Shown: piece by piece, positions 56,334-63,716 of the stretch
How positions within the stretch are numbered: position 1 is the stretch's first letter
Layout of the letters: each line of letters opens with the position of its first letter
DNA from: Candidatus Ozemobacteraceae bacterium
Lineage (GTDB): Bacteria; Muiribacteriota; Ozemobacteria; Ozemobacterales; Ozemobacteraceae
DNA length: 64,000 nucleotides
Reading direction: 5' to 3'
Assembly: GCA_965140445.1 (NCBI GenBank)
Contig: OZ223236.1
Coordinates: forward strand, 4,775,191-4,839,190
Position numbers and translations under genes: made by a program
Notes under the pieces: generated by a model
What the model saw: the letters and a program-made list of their open reading frames with translations, nothing else
What the model was told of the DNA's origin: nothing
The model's database searches: none

Positions 56334-58118
56334 TTAGCGTTGAAGCATTTTTTCAATAGCTTGATTCACAACTTTTAATGATGAAATAACACCATCAAAA
56401 AGAAAATCCAAGGCATCAGCATACCCACTATTTAGCTTTGCAGTCTCATACTCTAGTGATTCAAGAAGCTCTTTTGCCCCTTCTTTTTCATGCGCATCAA
56501 TTACTCTTAAGTCATTATTGACAAACAAAAAAGCCAGCTCTATATTCCTCGAATTCCAATCAAAACACTCAGCAGAGCCCCTAAAAGCAGAAATCTTCTC
56601 TGCGGACTCATTAAGATTAGAAACAACGTTCATAAAAGCTTGTATAAGCCGTAATATCCTGAATTTAGAAACTTCATCTCTACCACAGCCAGCTTCTCTT
56701 AATATCCTTCGTAATGGCCCCACCTTTATCTTGTTTATAATCTCATTTATTGTCTTACATCTTGAAAGAAAATCATGCTCACCAATTTTTTCTGAAGCTA
56801 CTTTCGACAACTTTCTAAAAACTGGAAAAGCATTAATTCCTTTTTCTTCATATTCCAAGCGAGCAAATCCAACGAAATCATTAGCAGCAATTGATTCTTG
56901 AAAAAGGGCTGACGAAACTTTTTCTAAATTGTCTCCAAGATTCAAAATTTCGTCCAAAAACCTAAAAGTTTTCGATACAATACTCTCACTCTCGAACTGT
57001 TCAGAACTTATCTCCGTTTTTGAAATAGCAAAATTGCTTAAATACTCCAACTCTCTAATTGGAATTCCACTATAAAGCTCATAAATTGGAACAGACAAAA
57101 AATTTCGGCCAACTCTCTGAAAGCCTCTAAAGCCCCACTGCCCTTTATACCCCGGGCTACAAATGATTTTCCCATCTCGAGTTCTATAAATTGACGAATC
57201 AAAAACAGAATTATCTTCATACTTCTTCAAGAACTCATCTCGCACATACAATAACTCATTCATTCTTAATGATCTAGCTGCACTAGCAGATAAAGGAGAA
57301 TTAAAATCCGGCCAAACAAAAGAGTCTATACTCTTTTCTGAACAAAGCTCAGGTCCTATTGCTACAACTGTCCCCCAAACTTGTATTAAGATACCTTCTT
57401 CAAAGGTTCTTAACGAAAGTTTTCCCCAGTTATTTGGAATAGGAATATCAACATGGCTTTCCCCATTCATTAGCTCTATCAGTGAAGGAGATGTCTCGAC
57501 TTTCTTTTCATAAAAAAACACTCGAACCCCATAATGTCCCCTAAGCCATAAATATTTACGAAGATAACTGTTTTGAATTGTCCATTTTACTTCCTTGCTT
57601 GGGGAGAAATAATATTCATTTGAAACATCTCCTTCTGCAACGCTCATCTCTGGAAGAGACAAATTATCATAAACCATTCTTTGCTCTGAATTTCCCAAAA
57701 TTCTTGGAGATAAGCCAAGCGACATCCAAACTTTTTCAGCTAAGGCAAAAGAGTAATGCGAGCCATCTCCCCATGAGGCTACAATATAGTCATAGCCTGA
57801 CACACTAGGAGAAAAATTGGAAATCTCCCCCTTTTTCTGGGCCCAAGGTTCAGAGTAAGCAACAACTCCATCATTACATTCACGGCAAACAGAAATTGAA
57901 TCAACTTCTCCTTCGGGAACTGTAGCCATAAGCATATGCAAATTCTCACGTTCACCCTCAATTTGGTTCCCATTTGTCTCAAAATGTGATGTAACACAAA
58001 TCTTCTCTAATGGCGCAAAAGATTTGACTGGACTCAATAGTTCTCTAAGTTTTGGCGGCAAATCCTCCCCTTTCAGGGGTAGCTTTGATAGATAATCAAT
58101 CATCCTTAAAATTCCCAT
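56334..58118 (-). CDS. Large island protein D (594 aa), paralog of the upstream 571-aa protein; C-terminal helical region with an R-x4-H motif
   Basis: Uninterrupted ORF that overlaps the upstream gene by 23 nt (8 nt if the ATG at 58103 is used). LRVIDAH lies at aa 538-543 (56490..56507). No Walker or other catalytic motif recognised. Confidence 0.7.
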   Translation of the reverse strand: MGILRMIDYLSKLPLKGEDLPPKLRELLSPVKSFAPLEKICVTSHFETNGNQIEGERENLHMLMATVPEGEVDSISVCRECNDGVVAYSEPWAQKKGEISNFSPSVSGYDYIVASWGDGSHYSFALAEKVWMSLGLSPRILGNSEQRMVYDNLSLPEMSVAEGDVSNEYYFSPSKEVKWTIQNSYLRKYLWLRGHYGVRVFFYEKKVETSPSLIELMNGESHVDIPIPNNWGKLSLRTFEEGILIQVWGTVVAIGPELCSEKSIDSFVWPDFNSPLSASAARSLRMNELLYVRDEFLKKYEDNSVFDSSIYRTRDGKIICSPGYKGQWGFRGFQRVGRNFLSVPIYELYSGIPIRELEYLSNFAISKTEISSEQFESESIVSKTFRFLDEILNLGDNLEKVSSALFQESIAANDFVGFARLEYEEKGINAFPVFRKLSKVASEKIGEHDFLSRCKTINEIINKIKVGPLRRILREAGCGRDEVSKFRILRLIQAFMNVVSNLNESAEKISAFRGSAECFDWNSRNIELAFLFVNNDLRVIDAHEKEGAKELLESLEYETAKLNSGYADALDFLFDGVISSLKVVNQAIEKMLQR

Positions 58119-59811
58119 TCATTAAACTTTCAAAAGCCTCAATTATAAGACCTAATGATTTATCACATTCTGCACAAAGATTTTCAAAGTGCTTTTTATA
58201 ACTTCCAAACTTGGAAATTGCATTTTTTCTTATCTTTTCGGCATCTTCCTCTGAAGGATGAGCTTTTAGCTTACTTCTAAAATTGTGAACATCGTGAAAT
58301 GGGCTTAAAATTTTGTATGCCTGCTCTTTTTCAAAGCCCATACCAATAAGGCAAACTTCAAGGCATCTTAAAGCCCTAAAGTTCTCTTTTACACTGCTAT
58401 CAAATTCTTTTGCTCTTGATCGAAGCCATCCCTCTTCAAGCCCTTCAACCAAAAATTGATCCAAGTACAGTATCTCATTTGCCCATTCGTCTTTTGAACT
58501 TGATACTGGATAATTTACCTTTACAGGAAGCTTTGAGTTTCTTAACTGCCACCATCTACAGTCTGCCTCACCTAACATGGCCAACTTTCTTTTTAAGCTC
58601 AGTAAAGAGTCGTAACCTTCAAAATATTTTCCATTCCAGTCTGTTTCAATTGCACGGTCAGAAAGCCAACCTTCACCTTCAACATTATATTGCTTCCAGT
58701 GGAGCTGCTCATTATGGGGTAGATGGCCAAGATATACTAAATAAGTATGGATATACCCTTCAGAATTTACATCATAAGAACTAAGCCGCCACCCACCACG
58801 ACATGAAAGCGACCTTTCATCAATTTTATATTTTGATGTGTCACTTTTATATTTTAATAATACATCCGGTTTAAAAAAGATTGGAGTTAGTTCAAATGGC
58901 TTTCCGGTGTCTTCAAAAAAATTGTTTAGGCATTTAGGATTGCAGGACATTTCTTCAACTTCATTATTCCGTATGTTCTTTCCGAGAAAGGTAGCAAACG
59001 CCTTTTTGCCAGGGTCTTTCCCCACAATAGAATTAACAATCTCTTCCATTGTTAAATCAAAATCAATGATCTGAAATCCTCTTGTAAAGCTACCATTGTT
59101 TTGATCCCAACCAAATCTCCAATTTATATTGGCACTATGTTGTTTTTCCTCAACAAGTTCATTCCAGCCACAAAATTCACTTTGAATTCTCGTAAAATCA
59201 AAAACTTGATAAAAAACCATTTCTTGTAACACAGCATATTTGCTTAATTCATTTTTATCTATAGTTACAATTGCATTGGAATAGAGCTTTTCTGAAGATT
59301 CAAAAGGATGAATTTTTACTACATCAAAAAGATCCCCCTCTTTATCAATCTTACACCAAGCCCTCCGCTCATCAACCCAGTGTAGATCTAGGGGCTGCGA
59401 AAGTTTTTGGCTCAGCTCAAAATAACACTTTTCAAGTTCATAACCTTCAAAACTCCTGCCAAATAAAAGCTGCTCACCATTTCTGACCAAAGAATTTAGA
59501 CCATATTCTAATGGAGAGCCAACCCAAGCCTTTCTCACGGTTGCCTTGATTCCCCAAGAATCATATGGCGAATGATCCCAAGATAAAAGCTCATTAGAAT
59601 CAACCTCCCTAACCATTGATTTCGGAACCAAAATGCCATAAATCAATACGTTAGGTATCGAAGCATAAAGAATTAAATTGCTTGATTGAGCCTCTTTTTC
59701 CAAAAAAGGGATTACTTGCTTTTGTTTCAACCAATCCTTAAATTCCGCATCTCTTATTGGACTTTTCGACAAACCTATAAGTTCATTAACTCTTTTTTTT
59801 ACCATAGTCAT
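58096..59811 (-). CDS. Large island protein C (571 aa); C-terminal helical region with an R-x5-H motif
   Basis: Uninterrupted ORF starting 3 nt after the stop of the nuclease-fold gene. FRSKLKAH lies at aa 511-518 (58258..58278). Trp-rich, with no NTPase motif. Confidence 0.7.
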   Translation of the reverse strand: MTMVKKRVNELIGLSKSPIRDAEFKDWLKQKQVIPFLEKEAQSSNLILYASIPNVLIYGILVPKSMVREVDSNELLSWDHSPYDSWGIKATVRKAWVGSPLEYGLNSLVRNGEQLLFGRSFEGYELEKCYFELSQKLSQPLDLHWVDERRAWCKIDKEGDLFDVVKIHPFESSEKLYSNAIVTIDKNELSKYAVLQEMVFYQVFDFTRIQSEFCGWNELVEEKQHSANINWRFGWDQNNGSFTRGFQIIDFDLTMEEIVNSIVGKDPGKKAFATFLGKNIRNNEVEEMSCNPKCLNNFFEDTGKPFELTPIFFKPDVLLKYKSDTSKYKIDERSLSCRGGWRLSSYDVNSEGYIHTYLVYLGHLPHNEQLHWKQYNVEGEGWLSDRAIETDWNGKYFEGYDSLLSLKRKLAMLGEADCRWWQLRNSKLPVKVNYPVSSSKDEWANEILYLDQFLVEGLEEGWLRSRAKEFDSSVKENFRALRCLEVCLIGMGFEKEQAYKILSPFHDVHNFRSKLKAHPSEEDAEKIRKNAISKFGSYKKHFENLCAECDKSLGLIIEAFESLMNGNFKDD

Positions 59812-59814
59812 CTT

Positions 59815-60450
59815 TCACCATTTCCTTTTTTTGGTTGTCCAATATCCTCCATCTGCATTTGGCTTACCAGATACATCGCAACGTGTGGCTCTCTTCAATT
59901 CAAACGGCATTTCCAGTTTTAAATGTCTATAACCTTTCTCATTTATCATCCAATTAGGAATATTTGCCAGATCTAATTTTAAAGGCCTTTTCGGGCTAAG
60001 AAGGGCGAAATGCGGAACAACATGCTTCCAATCTTTTCCATCTTCTCCAAAAATACTCTTTAAACGATTCATTTTGGCATTCATTTGCTTATTAGTCCAA
60101 CCACTTGTGGCCTTTGCCTCAATAAAGATTAAATGAGTTTTATTCTTTGTTTCAAATGCGATCAGAAAATCGATATCTTCTTGTTGCCCCTTTATTAAGC
60201 CCTCGTCATTTAAGAAGATCTCTTTATTGCCTTCTTTTTCTGAAGCGATCCTTAAGCAAGCATAAACCCAATCCAAATGATAATCCATTGCTGAAAAAGC
60301 ATCTTTAGGAATGTTTAAATTCAGAATTATAGAAAGGTCATTCCTAAACTTTTCTGATAAACTAAAGCAACTATTTCCTAGACATTGCTTTACAACAAAA
60401 AATCTTTCCTTGGAGTTAAAAAGCTCAAGCTGTTGAATTATCCCTCTCAT
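59815..60450 (-). CDS. PD-(D/E)xK nuclease-fold protein
   Basis: Motif D-IDFLIAFE...(16 aa)...IFIEAKA, i.e. D104/D106 ... E123-x-K125 in track numbering (60112..60171), on alternating hydrophobic beta-strand patterns. The ATG at 60450 (MRGIIQQ...) forms an ATGA overlap with the upstream stop. Confidence 0.6.
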   Translation of the reverse strand: MRGIIQQLELFNSKERFFVVKQCLGNSCFSLSEKFRNDLSIILNLNIPKDAFSAMDYHLDWVYACLRIASEKEGNKEIFLNDEGLIKGQQEDIDFLIAFETKNKTHLIFIEAKATSGWTNKQMNAKMNRLKSIFGEDGKDWKHVVPHFALLSPKRPLKLDLANIPNWMINEKGYRHLKLEMPFELKRATRCDVSGKPNADGGYWTTKKRKW

Positions 60451-60830
60451 TTTCCATCCTCTTCCAAAAGCCAGTAAGTAACCCAACCTTCAAGACCTGA
60501 TGAAGTTCTTATTTTTCGACCATTTCCAGACTTTTTAATTATAGTCACTTTTTCCCCATGATTTGCTTTTCCAGTAAATTCTCTTGTTTGGTATTTTTTC
60601 CAAACATTTACCTTTTTCATAAGGTAATCAGCCTGTTTATCATACCCATTAATTATTGCAGGAATACTTAATTGGTCAGACTTTACATACGCATCTTTAT
60701 TTGACTCGATATCTTTTACAGGCCTTAAGCTATGATGCGTTGCCGCTGTTCCAATTTCATTTTTGCCATCTTTAATAACTGAACGATCTTCGCAGCCAAT
60801 AAATCTCACAATAAAAATGAATGCTAACAA
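60447..60830 (-). CDS. Small putative lipoprotein with an SH3b-like C-terminus
   Basis: TTG start. A hydrophobic N-terminus ends in the lipobox-like FIGC. The C-terminal GEKVTIIKKSGNGRKIRTSSGLEGWVTYWLL resembles bacterial SH3 domains. The N-terminus is atypical because it has no basic n-region. Confidence 0.4.
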   Translation of the reverse strand: MLAFIFIVRFIGCEDRSVIKDGKNEIGTAATHHSLRPVKDIESNKDAYVKSDQLSIPAIINGYDKQADYLMKKVNVWKKYQTREFTGKANHGEKVTIIKKSGNGRKIRTSSGLEGWVTYWLLEEDGK

Positions 60831-61045
60831 AATAATAAATTAGCTAGAGCAACAGCCAAAGGTTTTAGGCTTATCTTGTATTGGTTTTCCGCAATTAAGA
60901 CAAGCTTCTGCTGAAGCTGAAAAATCATTACCTCAATCTGAACTTTTTAAAAGTGCCATTTTTCTTCCTCTTATTCTTTGAATAGAAGTTTGTATATTGC
61001 TTATCTAATTTCCGAAAATTTACTCGTTCGCCGGGAGAACTCCGC

Positions 61046-61279
61046 CTATTTTATTATTGATGTGTTAATAGCAATCTGGTTCATAAAGTTTCCATGAACC
61101 TGAACAAGAGATTTAGTCACACACTCTCCGCCGTTAGGACTATTTCCCTTTTCAATAAACCATGCACATCTATCTTTGATACAAGGTTTTGAGACATTGC
61201 ACAAACATAAGTAGTCATAATATTTCCCCGCTTTATTTATTTTAGCTTTCAAAAAAGCTTTTCTAAACCAACTTCTCAA
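61046..61279 (-). CDS. Small Cys-rich hypothetical protein
   Basis: 77-aa ORF at the attR-proximal end of the island. No motif recognised; coding status uncertain. Confidence 0.3.
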   Translation of the reverse strand: MRSWFRKAFLKAKINKAGKYYDYLCLCNVSKPCIKDRCAWFIEKGNSPNGGECVTKSLVQVHGNFMNQIAINTSIIK

Positions 61280-61492
61280 CCCAAATATTATTATGTATTC
61301 TTTCTGTCTATCAATATATCATAAAGCCTGTAGAATGATTGCCTAAATTCTTGTCACAAATACCCTCTATAAAAATTGATTTTAGTGATCCGTTTTTGCT
61401 TAAGAAAAGCAAACAAAGGGTAACTTTGGGGGTAACTAACATTTTCCATGCAAAGCAAGTCGCGCCAACTAAAGCAACACGTAATACTATTA

Positions 61493-61555
61493 GATCCCGA
61501 TCAGCTCCACCGAAAACCCGAAATCTGCAAAGTTTTCGGGTTTCTTGGTTTTAGG
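61493..61555 (+). repeat. Direct repeat copy 2 (attR-like): orphan 3' fragment of tRNA-Ala plus a slightly degraded terminator
   Basis: Identical to the tRNA 3' end from T-loop position 57 onward. Upstream sequence has no tRNA 5' half. The hairpin carries one mismatch (GTTTTCGGG). Confidence 0.85.
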
Positions 61556-61721
61556 ATTTTATTTACCAACTCGACGACCATAGCATTGGCAAATTTGAGC
61601 GACTCAAAAAATCTGTATCCTGCTGAACCATTTAATTAAATAAAAGAACTGAAACTGTTTTGACCGTGACCTTGTAAGTAAGGTATCGTATATTCATATT
61701 AATCTGGCTTTAGGAGTTTTT

Positions 61722-63698
61722 ATGAACAGATGTGTGAGAATTCTTTTGGTTTTGTTGTTTTGTTGTTCTACTCAATTTGCAATGGCAGGCCCAGATAAGC
61801 CGGATCTTGTAAAGCTATTTGAAAGCGGGAATCCAACTTTTTTGCAGGTCAAACAAGCAATTCTTGATGGAGCAAATGTTAATCCAGAGACCGCATCAGA
61901 CGCTCCTCCTATTTTTGCAGCTGTTGCAAAAGCTGAAAGCATATATGTAATAAAGTGCCTTATTGATAATGGAGCGGACGTAAACCTTACCCCATTACCT
62001 GACTTTAATGTGTTAGCACTTGCTTTTTTACATAATAAACCAATTGAAATCATTGAGTATTTGCTCAAAGCCGGAGCCGCTATAACCACAACTGCAATAG
62101 AAACAGCAATTTCCAACGTAGACTTGAAAAGGATTAAGCTCCTTGAAAAGTATGGAGTAGACTTTACTAAAGAGGGACCCAAAAGAGGTTCAGCAAACCT
62201 CCATTTTGCAGCTGGTAGGAACCCCAATCCAGAGGTCATAAAATATTTGCTTTCTAAGGGATTCAAAATCAATGCCACAAATAGCATTGGAACGACTCCA
62301 CTTCATTTTGCTGTGAAAAGCAATAAAATAGCTTTGATAACAGAGCTTTTAATATCTCTGGGAGCAGATATTGAGGCAAGAGATAATCATGGAAGAACTC
62401 CTCTCCTTCTTGCAACTGAATTTAACGACAACCCGGAAGTTGCAATGGCTTTAATTAAAGCCGGTGCAGAGACTAATGTTTGTGATGACGAGGGAGTCAC
62501 GCCTTTGATGTATGCTTCATATTTTCCACTTCAAAGGCCTGTGTTAAAAGTGCTTTTGCAAAGCCGCCCAGATATAAACCAGAGCGACAAAAAAGGTTTT
62601 ACAGCTTTATCCTGGGCATGCGCGAACCCAGACAAAAAGAATCTGGAAAACATTAAAACCCTTCTACAAGCTAGTGCAAACATTGAGAGCAGAGACTGCC
62701 AGGGAAGAACTCAGTTATCCTATGCAATCTCCGTAAACAACAACCCAGAAGTAGCAGAATTACTGATTCAATCAGGAGCAGACATACATGCTGTAGACAA
62801 TAAAAAAATGACACCATTAATGCATGCTGCCTCAAAAAATGGCTTCAGTGAAGTTGTTTCAATGTTGATTAAAGCAGGAGCAAAGCTTGAAGCCAGAGAT
62901 ACAAACAAAAACACAGCTTTAAGTCTGGCTTGCAGCTTTGATGGAACAGAAGAAAATGTAAGAATTTTGCTAAAAGCAGGAGCAAGAGTTAATGTAAAAA
63001 ACTCTAAAAACGCTTACCCAATTGATTACGCTGCAACAAAATCTTTTAGCATTGAAATAATCAAAATGCTGTTAGATTCCGGTGCAAAATTTGTCAAAGG
63101 CAGCAAATCTCTATATTACGCTCTAGGTGTAGCAAGCAGAAGCTCTACAGACTTGAACCTTTTTAAAAGAATTTTGAAATTTGGATACGATTTAAATAGA
63201 CAACACGAGCTTGGAGATACAGTTCTAATAAGCGTGGCGGGTTACTGCCTTAACCCTGCAGTAATTGACTATCTTATAAGATCAGGGGCTAAAACCAATC
63301 TTAAAAACAAATTCAACATGACAGCCATGCTTGAAGCAGCTTCCTACAACTCAAACCCGGAAATTATAAGAGCCCTTGCCAGAGGTGGCGAAGAGGTTGA
63401 CTACAAATGGGACTTGAACATCACTCCGCTTATTATGGCCAGCTGGCAAAATGAAAATCCAGAGGTAGCATTAACTCTGATTCAGCTTGGCGCCAATATT
63501 GAAACAAAAGATGATCACGGCAGAACTCCATTAATTTGTGCAGCCCAAAACAATAAAAACCATGAAGTCATTAGAGCTTTGATTAAAGCAGGCGCTAACG
63601 TAGAAGCAAAAGATAAAGATGGAAAAACCGCATACGACTACATAAAAGAGAATCCGAAGCTTGAGAACAAAGATGTTCTGCAGGATTTGCTCTACTAA
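61722..63698 (+). CDS. Secreted ankyrin-repeat protein (about 18 ANK repeats)
   Basis: Signal peptide MNRCVRILLVLLFCCSTQFAMA. Repeated ..G.TPLH.A........V..LL..GA..N motifs run throughout the 658 aa. Confidence 0.9.
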   Translation: MNRCVRILLVLLFCCSTQFAMAGPDKPDLVKLFESGNPTFLQVKQAILDGANVNPETASDAPPIFAAVAKAESIYVIKCLIDNGADVNLTPLPDFNVLALAFLHNKPIEIIEYLLKAGAAITTTAIETAISNVDLKRIKLLEKYGVDFTKEGPKRGSANLHFAAGRNPNPEVIKYLLSKGFKINATNSIGTTPLHFAVKSNKIALITELLISLGADIEARDNHGRTPLLLATEFNDNPEVAMALIKAGAETNVCDDEGVTPLMYASYFPLQRPVLKVLLQSRPDINQSDKKGFTALSWACANPDKKNLENIKTLLQASANIESRDCQGRTQLSYAISVNNNPEVAELLIQSGADIHAVDNKKMTPLMHAASKNGFSEVVSMLIKAGAKLEARDTNKNTALSLACSFDGTEENVRILLKAGARVNVKNSKNAYPIDYAATKSFSIEIIKMLLDSGAKFVKGSKSLYYALGVASRSSTDLNLFKRILKFGYDLNRQHELGDTVLISVAGYCLNPAVIDYLIRSGAKTNLKNKFNMTAMLEAASYNSNPEIIRALARGGEEVDYKWDLNITPLIMASWQNENPEVALTLIQLGANIETKDDHGRTPLICAAQNNKNHEVIRALIKAGANVEAKDKDGKTAYDYIKENPKLENKDVLQDLLY

Positions 63699-63716
63699 TC
63701 CCGGGAGATTAAATAA

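Larger units (their letters stand above)
55716..61492. mobile_element. tRNA-Ala-associated genomic island (about 5.8 kb) with no recombinase gene
   Basis: Bounded by the 63-nt direct repeat. The cargo is unrelated to flanking genes and lies entirely on the minus strand. Sampled lines are low-to-mid 30s %GC, against about 50% in the adjacent GalT genes. Confidence 0.55.

Noticed and set aside
60840-60959. Possible selenocysteine or alternative genetic code (TGA read as sense) in the small Cys-rich ORF.
   Set aside because: All long genes in the window are uninterrupted under the standard code, and TGA functions as a stop elsewhere (for example at 7729..7731). I see no SECIS-like hairpin after the TGA. 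Pseudogenisation or a leader peptide is more parsimonious.
61400-61450. Short repeats near the attR-like end: GGGTAACT twice (aaagGGTAACTttgggGGTAACTaac) and a 6-bp hairpin TTGCTT-N5-AAGCAA. These could be arm-type recombinase-binding sites.
   Set aside because: They are too short to separate from chance in AT-rich DNA, and no matching copies were seen near the attL-like end.
55716-61492. Search for an integrase, excisionase or transposase inside the island.
   Set aside because: None of the ORFs or open frames shows R...HxxR...Y (tyrosine recombinase), serine recombinase or DDE motifs. I therefore do not annotate any recombinase and describe the island as integrase-less.
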